Positions 7,664 through 16,493 are shown, numbered from the stretch's first letter. The stretch: 37,073 nucleotides of DNA from Candidatus Woesebacteria bacterium (GCA_018062605.1 JAGORW010000002.1:1-37073), one strand, 5' to 3'. The notes: generated by a model from the letters alone, not told the origin. Translations and numbers: made by a program.

Positions 7664-8311
7664 ATGCTCCCAGTACTTATTGTTTCTACAGATGGCATAA
7701 TTGATGACTTCCTCACATCATATAAAAAAGAGCATGACATTAAAAATGCGTATGTTCTGGATGTGTCTCCGGAGAAAGGATTTCTCGTAGAGCATTCGTT
7801 GGAAGTGCGCAATTTTGTTTCAGAAACGACGTCGATGCATCCCTATATGGTGATTATGCGAAAGTTTGATACAGCTGCCTCGAATATTCAAAATTCATTG
7901 TTAAAAACGATCGAGGAAGACTCAGAAAAAGTTCATTTTATCCTTGTAGTGTCGGATCAATCACGCCTCTTGCCTACTATTTTATCTCGAGTCGGCCAAG
8001 CTGTTCAAACGATTTCCCCCAAAGAAATAACAGGCGATCTTCTTCAAACCTATAACTGCTCTCTAGGCACAATGACGTACCCAGAGTGGCTTTCAATGAC
8101 AGCAAAAATCTCAAAATCAGACGCAGTAGCTTTTTTGGATGAAGTAATCATTGAATTAGAAAAAAGGCTCACATCAAAAGAAGGATCAGAGATAAGCGCT
8201 GCGCTTCACGAACTTATATTCGTAAGAAAAGGCCTTCGCGATAACAATATGTACTACGAATATGCCCTTGATGCTGCTGGGCATATTCTCGATTCCCACA
8301 ACCTTCTGTAA
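7664..8311 (+). CDS. holB: DNA polymerase III delta-prime-like clamp-loader subunit (short, degenerate P-loop)
   Basis: The motif NSLLKTIEE...HFILVV...LLPTILSRV matches the NALLKTLEEP / TIxSRC boxes. No GxxGxGK Walker A is visible. Confidence 0.65.
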   Translation: MLPVLIVSTDGIIDDFLTSYKKEHDIKNAYVLDVSPEKGFLVEHSLEVRNFVSETTSMHPYMVIMRKFDTAASNIQNSLLKTIEEDSEKVHFILVVSDQSRLLPTILSRVGQAVQTISPKEITGDLLQTYNCSLGTMTYPEWLSMTAKISKSDAVAFLDEVIIELEKRLTSKEGSEISAALHELIFVRKGLRDNNMYYEYALDAAGHILDSHNLL

Positions 8312-8315
8312 AAAG

Positions 8316-8324
8316 TGCTATCAT
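8316..8324 (+). promoter_or_regulatory. extended -10 TGcTATCAT, 7 nt upstream of ATG 8332
   Basis: No purine-rich SD lies between the box and the ATG. Confidence 0.45.
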
Positions 8325-8331
8325 AAAGTAT

Positions 8332-8796
8332 ATGAAGAAACAAAATCAGGCTGGGTTTTCCTATCTTGAAATCATGATGGTACTTCTTATTATTGGTCTG
8401 CTTTTGTCAATCAGCGTTGCATCGTACACAAATCTCCATAAAAATAGTCTTGATCAACGAAGAAAAACAGATATTCAAGAAATTCGCTCATCACTTGAAC
8501 AATATAGAAGTGTGAATGGTGCTTACCCTACTCCAAATCTAACACCAGGTTTGCCATTTGGCACATCCGGCCTTACTGATGGGACAAACACCTATATGCA
8601 ACAAATTCCTCAAGATCCAGAATACCCAAACAAACAATATCATTATTCTGTCGCAGCTGATGATTACACACTCTCAGGGCAGCTAACCAAACCTGAAGAT
8701 ACTGTCTGCCAAGTTCCAGCTGGAAATGACTTATGTGGTGAAGATGGTTCCAACTACGACTGTAATTATTGCATGGGCTCGTATGGAAAAAAGTAG
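8332..8796 (+). CDS. prepilin-type minor pilin / GspG-like pseudopilin
   Basis: MKKQNQAG/FSYLEIMMVLLIIGLLL prepilin signal, then a QRRKTDIQEIRSSLEQYR helix typical of G-type pseudopilins. Confidence 0.8.
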   Translation: MKKQNQAGFSYLEIMMVLLIIGLLLSISVASYTNLHKNSLDQRRKTDIQEIRSSLEQYRSVNGAYPTPNLTPGLPFGTSGLTDGTNTYMQQIPQDPEYPNKQYHYSVAADDYTLSGQLTKPEDTVCQVPAGNDLCGEDGSNYDCNYCMGSYGKK

Positions 8797-9268
8797 AGGG
8801 TTTACATATTTGGAAATCATTATTGTGATGCTGATTCTTGGCATCATAGCAACCCTTGGTGGATCATCATACATTGGCTATAACTCTCGCAAACAAATTG
8901 AAACAGAAACACAAAAGCTTGTTTCATATTTTGATTTAGCTCAAACAAAAACACTCGCGGGAGAGCCTCTGTGTGGCACGTATGCTGGAAATTACATCGT
9001 TTCAAGTGCGACGGTTGGTGATGACATATCACTGTCTCTCACACCAAATGGTTGTTCAGCACAAGCTACCTATGTTTTTCCAACAGGCTATTCGCTACCA
9101 GAGGGGGATTTTACTCTTACATATAACGCAGAAGGAACTGGTGTAACGGGTGCATCATGCATCTTGCTTCAACATCCAAAAGCGGAACTCTGCGGTAAAG
9201 TAACGATTGAGCCTTCGGGAGCATTCTCTGATCAAATTGTACCGTTAAGTACTTGCACATGCCCATGA
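8783..9268 (+). CDS. prepilin-type minor pilin
   Basis: The internal start gives MEKSRG/FTYLEIIIVMLILGIIA. It overlaps the upstream stop by 14 nt. Confidence 0.75.
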   Translation: MEKSRGFTYLEIIIVMLILGIIATLGGSSYIGYNSRKQIETETQKLVSYFDLAQTKTLAGEPLCGTYAGNYIVSSATVGDDISLSLTPNGCSAQATYVFPTGYSLPEGDFTLTYNAEGTGVTGASCILLQHPKAELCGKVTIEPSGAFSDQIVPLSTCTCP

Positions 9269-9732
9269 ACATTCGCGCGCACCATTCATTACAAAAAGGC
9301 ATGACTTTACTGGAGGTCTTAATTTTTGTCACGATGATCACACTGATCTTTATAACAATAGCTTCTGCAACGACCCAATCAATAAAAAAAACAATCTATA
9401 ATCAGCAGAAGATTATTGCAACGCATTATGCGGAGGAGGCTCAAGAATGGATGCGAGGTGAAAAGGAATCAGATTGGGCAATCTTTAGTGCTCGTTCTGA
9501 TGAAACATATTGTTTAAATGCTGGCATCACCGCATGCAATGCAGCTGGATCATGCTGGGATAGTCGAGCCGCCTGTGGGGCAACCGACTATTCACTCGGT
9601 GGAAAGTACAAACGCTCTTCAGTCCTTACAACAAATGGATCACGGATTGATGTCATAACAACTGTTGAGTGGGTAGATGGATCAAATACCTACTCAGTAC
9701 CAATTAACACAACATTTTCACGATGGGAATAA
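9265..9732 (+). CDS. prepilin-type minor pilin
   Basis: MNIRAHHSLQKG/MTLLEVLIFVTMITLIF. ATGA start/stop overlap with the upstream gene. Confidence 0.7.
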   Translation: MNIRAHHSLQKGMTLLEVLIFVTMITLIFITIASATTQSIKKTIYNQQKIIATHYAEEAQEWMRGEKESDWAIFSARSDETYCLNAGITACNAAGSCWDSRAACGATDYSLGGKYKRSSVLTTNGSRIDVITTVEWVDGSNTYSVPINTTFSRWE

Positions 9733-10265
9733 AAAAGAAAAAAAACGGCTTTACTTTGTTGGAGCTGATATTAGTTTTGGCAATCTTAGGAATTATCGTT
9801 CCCGCTGGATTTAGCATGTTTATTGCAAGCATGCGCGCCCAGTTAAAGGTAACTCTTTTGCAGGAAGTGAAAAGAAATGGTGATACATCTTTGAATGTTA
9901 TGGAAAGCTTAATTAAATCGCGCACCGTTAGCTTGCAACAACTGGATGGTACATCGATTTGTAATACTGCTGGGACAACCTACTCTGCAGGAGACGTGTA
10001 TTTTGTCGATCCAGAAAATGAACGCTTTAGATTTCATCTTGTTGGAGATACCATTGCTTCAGACAGCTCATCTATTGGTTCAATTTCTTTAACAAGTGGA
10101 AAGGTCGCAGTTACGGATTTTACGCTGACATGTGAAAAGGAATCGTCCTTTACAACGCCCATTATTAATATTGGATACACCGTTTCTCAGGTTAATGTCA
10201 CAACACGTTCTGAGGAACAAGCGACGATGGATTATTTGACCAAGGTTCGACTTCGTACATACTAA
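9723..10265 (+). CDS. prepilin-type minor pilin
   Basis: MGIKKKKNG/FTLLELILVLAILGIIV. 10-nt overlap with the upstream gene. Confidence 0.75.
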   Translation: MGIKKKKNGFTLLELILVLAILGIIVPAGFSMFIASMRAQLKVTLLQEVKRNGDTSLNVMESLIKSRTVSLQQLDGTSICNTAGTTYSAGDVYFVDPENERFRFHLVGDTIASDSSSIGSISLTSGKVAVTDFTLTCEKESSFTTPIINIGYTVSQVNVTTRSEEQATMDYLTKVRLRTY

Positions 10266-10287
10266 GAAAAGAGCCATCACAGCAGGC

Positions 10288-10316
10288 TTGACTTATTCCT
10301 CCAATTTTCCCATACT
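10288..10316 (+). promoter_or_regulatory. promoter TTGACT-17-CATACT, 6 nt upstream of the pilM ATG
   Basis: Hexamers at 10288-10293 and 10311-10316. ATG at 10323. Confidence 0.45.
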
Positions 10317-10322
10317 GATAGC

Positions 10323-11357
10323 ATGTCTAACAACTATTTTTGTCTCGATCTCGGTGAAAAATATGTCCGCGTTGTTGAATCTGAGGATAAAAAGAAAACT
10401 CTCAAATTGAACTCAGCTGGCTTATCTGAAATTCCCTTTAATATTTACAATGTTTCAAGCCCAGAATTTGATTCCAAAGCTTCAGAATTGATTCGAAAGC
10501 TTGTAGCAGACGCTAAAATTACAAAGACTGATGTGCGAATTACTATTCCAGATACGCAGAGTTATACAAGAATTTTCGAGATGCCGCTCCTAACAGATAA
10601 AGAGTTAATTTCAGCAATTAGGTACCAAGCTGATCAATTTATTCCGATTCCAATTGATAAGGTGAGTTTGGATTTGCACATTATTTCCAAAAACAAGGAA
10701 GCAAACAAATCATTTATTTTGCTTGTTGCAGCACCGCAAAGCGTGATTGATCATGTAGTGAAAATTACTGAAGATGCTGGTCTTATTCCAACAAATATTC
10801 AAAACGAAGCCAGTTCCCTACTGTCTCTTTTCTCACGAATGCACGATGTTCAAAAGGATCCAACAGGCGCTACATTGTTTGTAAATTTCGGCAATAACTC
10901 TACCTCACTCTACTTGTACGACAATGTTCAAAATCTTCCTTTGCAGGTACACAACTTTAATATCGGGCAGTTTATTTTCTATAAAGATATTCAAGCGAAC
11001 TTCACGCTTTCAGCTGATCAGGTAAAGGATATGATTGAACGAATCGGCTTAACAGATCAGCAAACTGAGTACGATATGGGCACGATTCTTGCATCACCCT
11101 TAAATGAGTTCACCTCAGAGATTCAACGTTTCATTTTATCTTCTCGTGAAAAGTCGAATATTGATGTAAAGCAGGTATTTATGGTTGGTGAAGGCTCTCG
11201 ATTTGCTGGACTTGATAAAAAACTTGCGGCGGTTGTTAGCATTCCAGTTTCACTTCTTGATTTGACGCCGTATTTTGAGAAAACAGTTGCTTCGGATTTC
11301 TTTGCACATGATTGGCCAATGCTTGCAACTGGAGTTGGTGCAAACCTCTCATCATGA
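10323..11357 (+). CDS. pilM: type IV pilus assembly protein PilM (actin-like ATPase fold)
   Basis: 344 aa. The N-terminal FCLDLGEKYVRVVE block and length are typical of PilM. It precedes a PilN-like gene. Confidence 0.85.
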   Translation: MSNNYFCLDLGEKYVRVVESEDKKKTLKLNSAGLSEIPFNIYNVSSPEFDSKASELIRKLVADAKITKTDVRITIPDTQSYTRIFEMPLLTDKELISAIRYQADQFIPIPIDKVSLDLHIISKNKEANKSFILLVAAPQSVIDHVVKITEDAGLIPTNIQNEASSLLSLFSRMHDVQKDPTGATLFVNFGNNSTSLYLYDNVQNLPLQVHNFNIGQFIFYKDIQANFTLSADQVKDMIERIGLTDQQTEYDMGTILASPLNEFTSEIQRFILSSREKSNIDVKQVFMVGEGSRFAGLDKKLAAVVSIPVSLLDLTPYFEKTVASDFFAHDWPMLATGVGANLSS

Positions 11358-11911
11358 AAATAGAGATTAATCTTTTGCAGAATCAGAAAAATTACAAGAA
11401 GCTTGAGGATGCTTTCAAAATTTTTCGCCTGAGCGTTGTATTGGTGGCATTTGTCACATTTTTAACTCTGATTATTCTTTTCGCTTTGCGACGGAACGCT
11501 GATGCAACTCTCACATCAACTATCAAAGCCCGAAATAATGTTGTAGACGCAATTCAGCAAAAGGAAGATCAGGAAGCCCAGATTCTTCTCATTCAAGAAA
11601 AAATTCAGACAATGAATAAAGTACTTAGTGAGGTCCCTGATTATTCTCGGCAAGTAGAGACGATTTTGGCATTTATGCCCGTCGCATCAGAATCCGGAAA
11701 GCTCAGCAATATTTCGATTGATGGGAATACATCTCAAGTGAGCCTACAATTTCCAAATATCAATGCACTCACACTTTTCCTCAAAACTGTTGATTCAAAG
11801 TCATTCCAATCAACATTTGAAGAAATTGAACTAAGCACCATTTCTTACACAGACCCTACTAAACAGTTAAACGTACAACTCAATGTTGGATTCAAAGAAG
11901 AAAACAATTAG
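11354..11911 (+). CDS. pilN: PilN-like pilus alignment protein
   Basis: MKIEINLLQNQ N-terminus (INLL motif), single TM, coiled coil. ATGA overlap with pilM. Confidence 0.7.
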   Translation: MKIEINLLQNQKNYKKLEDAFKIFRLSVVLVAFVTFLTLIILFALRRNADATLTSTIKARNNVVDAIQQKEDQEAQILLIQEKIQTMNKVLSEVPDYSRQVETILAFMPVASESGKLSNISIDGNTSQVSLQFPNINALTLFLKTVDSKSFQSTFEEIELSTISYTDPTKQLNVQLNVGFKEENN

Positions 11912-12587
11912 CCCATATACCAGACGATTACTGATACAGCATTCAGGCTATGTCCTTGTGCTCTTGATTTTTATCGGGCTGCTTGTCTCGTTTGTTCCAT
12001 GGCAATTGAAATCATATACCAAATCTCGCTCTCAACTTCGCAAAATGGAGAAAGAGGTTGATAGCTATAAGGCGCGGCTTTCTGCTATTGAAGAATACCC
12101 AGCTGATGATTTGGAAGATATAGTGTTATCTTTGAATTCGGTCTATCCATCCGAGGAAGATCGATTTTCCATTTTTGCATCATTGGATAATTTGAAAAAA
12201 GTAACAGGCATGAACATTGTGTCATATTCATCCCCATTTTCTGGAAAAGCATTTCAGGAAGTTTCGGTTGTCGTAAAAGCAGATGCAGACTTGGCAACTT
12301 TCAGGAAATTTCTGAAAGATCACGTCTATAAGTCCGGACGTTTTATGACAATTTCAAAAGTTTCTTACAATGAAGATAAAAAGGCGATAAATTTTACTGC
12401 GACATTTCATAGTAAAAAGGTTAATTTGAAGACCAAAAAGCCTGTTGAAATTAAGCCTGAATACATCCAAAGAGCTATAGATATCCGCAGGGAGGTTGAG
12501 TCAAGCGGCTTAGTGAAGCAAAATGTTTCAGAAGATATTTCTCCAGTGCCCGTAGATTATTCTACGAAAAGCAATCCGTTTCAGTGA
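11883..12587 (+). CDS. PilO-like bitopic membrane protein
   Basis: Position after pilN, one N-terminal TM followed by a coiled coil. No specific motif recognised. Confidence 0.5.
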   Translation: MLDSKKKTISPYTRRLLIQHSGYVLVLLIFIGLLVSFVPWQLKSYTKSRSQLRKMEKEVDSYKARLSAIEEYPADDLEDIVLSLNSVYPSEEDRFSIFASLDNLKKVTGMNIVSYSSPFSGKAFQEVSVVVKADADLATFRKFLKDHVYKSGRFMTISKVSYNEDKKAINFTATFHSKKVNLKTKKPVEIKPEYIQRAIDIRREVESSGLVKQNVSEDISPVPVDYSTKSNPFQ

Positions 12588-12718
12588 GGTAGTTAAGAAG
12601 TGTCGCACGATGGTATTCGCGTTATCAGAGCATTAAATAAGATGAAGTCTGGTAGAACAGACTAATCAACAGTATCTAAATTTCGCTTTTATTATAATGC
12701 GATTTTGTTTACACTCAA

Positions 12719-13654
12719 ATGATGAATGAAAAAATTCAATTGATTTATAAACTCGAAAGTATTAGCGCCGATGACGGCGTTGATGTTTTCGAAATTGCAC
12801 CAATTCTAATGAGCTTTGGTGAACTCATCCGTTCAGCCAACGAAGTACTGGGATACGAAAAAAGGATTGATGTAAAAGTTAAACCCTTTAGGGAAGGTTC
12901 TTGGATAACTGAGTTTGTATTACAGAATCATTCCATAAATGGGGTACTAAATTTTCTTCATACTCATGATGGCGAGGAGATAATGCTACTACTGGCATTT
13001 TTAGGACTTGATGTTCGTTCTGGTATAAGTGGCGTTGCTTATATTATTAGATTTACAAAAGGGCTAGTTACCAACTTTCATAAAAATGACGATCAGAAAA
13101 CTGTAACATACACTAACTCAAATGGTGAGGAATTAGTCGTTACGTTACCAGAACATAAATTAGTACAGTCTCCTCTGATTCAGATAAATTACTACAATAG
13201 CATTGTGTCGCCTTTAGATAAATTTCCAACTGCAACAGCAGTAGGGATCAAGGTGAATCAATCTGGGCACACAGAGCAAACATTTACCCAGGATGATAAG
13301 TCCTACTTTGAAAAATATGCCGGTACTGAATTGCTTGAAGATGTTGATGAAAACATTTCCACAATGCAAAGTATATATATTAAACCTAAAAGAGGCTCAT
13401 ATTCAGGTGAAGAGAAGGCATACTCATTTATTATGGGGGATAGTGTATTATGGCCAGTCACTATCGAAGATGAGAAATTTTTAGAAAAGCTACGTAATGG
13501 TGAAATAAGGCCATATTCCGAGGATGTTCTGAAGGTTAACCTAGAGATAAGACAGAAAAAAGATTCCAAGAACAAAATATTAGCAGCTTATGTGATTACT
13601 CATGTCATTGAGTACATAAAATATGAGAAGCCAAAGCAGCTTAAAATCGAGTAG
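12719..13654 (+). CDS. hypothetical protein (311 aa, no family recognised)
   Basis: Long uninterrupted ORF. No signal peptide or TM. A possible D241-x9-DEK253 pattern is only chance-level evidence for a nuclease fold. Confidence 0.6.
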   Translation: MMNEKIQLIYKLESISADDGVDVFEIAPILMSFGELIRSANEVLGYEKRIDVKVKPFREGSWITEFVLQNHSINGVLNFLHTHDGEEIMLLLAFLGLDVRSGISGVAYIIRFTKGLVTNFHKNDDQKTVTYTNSNGEELVVTLPEHKLVQSPLIQINYYNSIVSPLDKFPTATAVGIKVNQSGHTEQTFTQDDKSYFEKYAGTELLEDVDENISTMQSIYIKPKRGSYSGEEKAYSFIMGDSVLWPVTIEDEKFLEKLRNGEIRPYSEDVLKVNLEIRQKKDSKNKILAAYVITHVIEYIKYEKPKQLKIE

Positions 13655-13677
13655 TAATAATAGGTTTTTTTAATGAA

Positions 13678-14328
13678 CTATCTTGGTTTGCAAATAGCAT
13701 TTACTGTTGTTCGCCAATTTGTTTGCAATGACTTATTACCGGATAGAGTATCACGATAAGTGAATATAGCTTTTTCAAAGTCTTCATAGAGACTGTCGAT
13801 ACAAATCAATAGCCAGTTACTTTGATTGAGCTTGTTTGGAACAATTTGCAAATGACTGACATTGCGGAATGTTACATTGCCTGTATCTGATCCAAAAGAG
13901 ATTTCTGTCTGGTCACGTTTTCCTCTGTACAAAGCCCATTGAAGCCTTCCCTTATTCCCGAATTTTAAAATTTTTGGTTGGTATAAATGGACAAGACCAT
14001 TTCTATACATCCGGTATAGTAGATCCACTGTGATAGGATTGTATATATTTTGAGGTTCGAAAAACTTGGTAATAAACTCTTTGGATTTTTGGGGTGTAGA
14101 GATTCTTCTTCCTTCCTTATCAGCTTTTCTTTCAATTAATGGATAACCAGCATACACTGAACCTAAAAAATCAACAATACATAGTATTTGCCTCGAAACT
14201 ACAAAATAACCACCACTTTTCTTTTTTGGATATATCCAATTTTGAATTTCGTCTTTAGCTTGGTGGAGTAATTCATCGTTTATGAAGCGAATCATCTCAT
14301 CAATAGTCATATTTTTCTTCAACGCCAT
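13678..14328 (-). CDS. hypothetical protein with HEPN-like RNxxxH motif (putative RNase/toxin-type effector)
   Basis: 216 aa. Helical N-terminal half ending in LYRMYRNGLVHLY, with R109-N-G-L-V-H114 encoded at 14004-13987. It has its own -10 box. Confidence 0.55.
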   Translation of the reverse strand: MALKKNMTIDEMIRFINDELLHQAKDEIQNWIYPKKKSGGYFVVSRQILCIVDFLGSVYAGYPLIERKADKEGRRISTPQKSKEFITKFFEPQNIYNPITVDLLYRMYRNGLVHLYQPKILKFGNKGRLQWALYRGKRDQTEISFGSDTGNVTFRNVSHLQIVPNKLNQSNWLLICIDSLYEDFEKAIFTYRDTLSGNKSLQTNWRTTVNAICKPR

Positions 14329-14334
14329 GACGGA

Positions 14335-14343
14335 ATTATATCA
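14335..14343 (-). promoter_or_regulatory. extended -10 TGaTATAAT, 6 nt upstream of ATG 14328
   Basis: The minus strand reads TGATATAAT-TCCGTC-ATG. Confidence 0.5.
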
Positions 14344-14380
14344 GACAGTTCGGAAGGGGATGGATCATACATCCCTTGCT

Positions 14381-15718
14381 TCAAATATATTTATGTAAAT
14401 AACATGCCGCCCATGCGGCAATACATGATGTAATTACCGAGAATGTACCTGCTCCATCTATTAATCCTTTGGTGCCAGTCATTCCCCCAATAATAATCGA
14501 TCCAAATCCTACAATTAAAGCTACAATAATTGGGAGCCACATATACTTAATTTTTTTACTTTTCGTATAGAGTCCCACTATTACTGGACCAATCAATGAA
14601 AGTTGTGAGATAACAATGATGTACAGAAAGTCGAACATGTTAACCTCAAAAGCATCTAAGAGAAATTGGATTCCCCAGATCGTCAACAATCCGAATACTA
14701 TAATTGACAGTTGAATGAAGGTCATCCTTTTCTTTTCACTTAGCTGAGCCATCCAACTTGCCGGTAGGATGTCAATATTGACCGTTAATGCTGATGCAAG
14801 TAACATTCCATCTACTAACGTCATCATTGATGCAATACTTAAGACAATGATTCCTGTTGAGATAAGAGTGCTATATTGAGGCATAACGACTGAGGTCATT
14901 GATAGTATGTTATCAGGGGTAACAGTGTGTACTTGAGCTAAAGAAATTCCAAGGAATGTTGATGTGAGATTTACTGTCAAAAAAATCAATAGGCCACTAT
15001 ATTTTAAGTTAACCGAGGTTGATATATGAGATGTTTTAGATCCGCCTATAATACTCTGCCAAGAAGAATTATCAACAAATTGCCATGCCAGATTGAAAAT
15101 TATATTAGTGATAAGACCAAGCATACCTAAATTTTTCACTACTGTATCAAAGGAGGGGAAAACTGACTGATAGATTAACTCACTTGGTAGCTGTGAAAAA
15201 TGATAGAGTGCAAAACCACTCATACCGAAAAGAATGACAACCTTTACGAAGTTGATATATCTGTTAATATATGCATTTCCTCGCAGTCCAAAAAAGGATG
15301 TGTAAGTTATTGCTACAAGAGCAAAAAATCCAATAACTGTAGGTGCGTTTGAAGTGAGTGGGGCTATTGTTTCTATGCTAATACTGACTTCCCACACAAT
15401 AAAATAACATATGCCAACCAGCGAACATACTGATGCTAAGAGTTTTGTCTTTTGACCAAATTGTTGTCCTAAAAAATCGTGCAAACTTGCAATGTGTGAA
15501 AAATGCTTGGAAGCGGGAATCAAAAGAAAGAAACTGATTGACCACGCGATTTGAATCACCAATGCCCAAATGCCAATCGAATAGCCAAGCCATGCCGCAT
15601 AAAAAATAGCATTCAATCCAAATGAGGTAGAAATAAGCAAACTTACAATAGCTGATGTCTGCAATTTCTTTCCAGCAAACAAAAAGTCAGAAATGTCGGA
15701 TTTTTTACTGATATTCAT
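14381..15718 (-). CDS. sodium:solute symporter (SSF)-like transporter
   Basis: 445 aa with about 12 TM segments. The N-terminal DFLFAGKKL motif resembles the SSF DYFLAGR motif. Confidence 0.55.
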   Translation of the reverse strand: MNISKKSDISDFLFAGKKLQTSAIVSLLISTSFGLNAIFYAAWLGYSIGIWALVIQIAWSISFFLLIPASKHFSHIASLHDFLGQQFGQKTKLLASVCSLVGICYFIVWEVSISIETIAPLTSNAPTVIGFFALVAITYTSFFGLRGNAYINRYINFVKVVILFGMSGFALYHFSQLPSELIYQSVFPSFDTVVKNLGMLGLITNIIFNLAWQFVDNSSWQSIIGGSKTSHISTSVNLKYSGLLIFLTVNLTSTFLGISLAQVHTVTPDNILSMTSVVMPQYSTLISTGIIVLSIASMMTLVDGMLLASALTVNIDILPASWMAQLSEKKRMTFIQLSIIVFGLLTIWGIQFLLDAFEVNMFDFLYIIVISQLSLIGPVIVGLYTKSKKIKYMWLPIIVALIVGFGSIIIGGMTGTKGLIDGAGTFSVITSCIAAWAACYLHKYI

Positions 15719-15764
15719 AATTCTACATGCGAGTATAAACCAGGCTTCAAGATTAACAATAAAA

Positions 15765-15773
15765 TGTTAAAAT
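15765..15773 (+). promoter_or_regulatory. extended -10 TGtTAAAAT, 6 nt upstream of ATG 15780
   Basis: Read directly from the sequence. No SD. Confidence 0.45.
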
Positions 15774-15779
15774 ATACCC

Positions 15780-16493
15780 ATGCATGCCCCAATGTCAAAA
15801 CAAACAAAAAATATCTACTCGCTTCTTCTTAATAAGGGGCCGATGACGGCGCAGCAGATTGCGAAGGAACTGCACATCTTTCCTCATGCGGTGTATAGAT
15901 CAACTCGCCAGTTGCAAATACTTGGTTGCACGAATACATCAGCTAAACATCCAGTTCTTTTTGAAGCGGTACCTGTAAATGAGTCAGTTGAAACATTTAC
16001 ATTGCAACAAAGAGATATGTTTCTGAATACATTTTTAAAGACCCCTGTTAAGAAGAATACTTCTTTTGAAGGAGATCTCAATATAAGCTTTGTTGAAAGT
16101 CGTGAAATGCTGTTTGAAAAAGCTCTTTCAGACATTGAAAATGCAAAAGAAGAAATGCTTAATTTAGCTTCTGGAGATGAACTTCCTGCTGAGATAATGC
16201 TTGCTCAAAAAAATGCTCTCGAAAGAGGGGTTGCAATCAAAACCCTTTTTCAAAAAAGAAATGAGAAAAATGAGGCTTTCATTCAAGCACGTATGAAGAT
16301 GGGTGAACAGATTCGTATCTCAGAAGCTCTTAATTCAAGGATTGTGATTTTTGATAGAAAAATTGTGTATGTCATGTCTTATGATCCTTCTAACTACATT
16401 AAAAGCATTGGCATTCGATTTGAGTATGCGCCATTTGGCCAGATGATGCATCAAACGTTTCTCCAACATTGGGAGAGAGGAATAGAAGTATAG
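15780..16493 (+). CDS. TrmB-family winged-helix transcriptional regulator
   Basis: N-terminal wHTH LLNKGPMTAQQIAKELHIFPHAVYRSTRQLQILG. Divergent from the transporter gene. Confidence 0.65.
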   Translation: MHAPMSKQTKNIYSLLLNKGPMTAQQIAKELHIFPHAVYRSTRQLQILGCTNTSAKHPVLFEAVPVNESVETFTLQQRDMFLNTFLKTPVKKNTSFEGDLNISFVESREMLFEKALSDIENAKEEMLNLASGDELPAEIMLAQKNALERGVAIKTLFQKRNEKNEAFIQARMKMGEQIRISEALNSRIVIFDRKIVYVMSYDPSNYIKSIGIRFEYAPFGQMMHQTFLQHWERGIEV

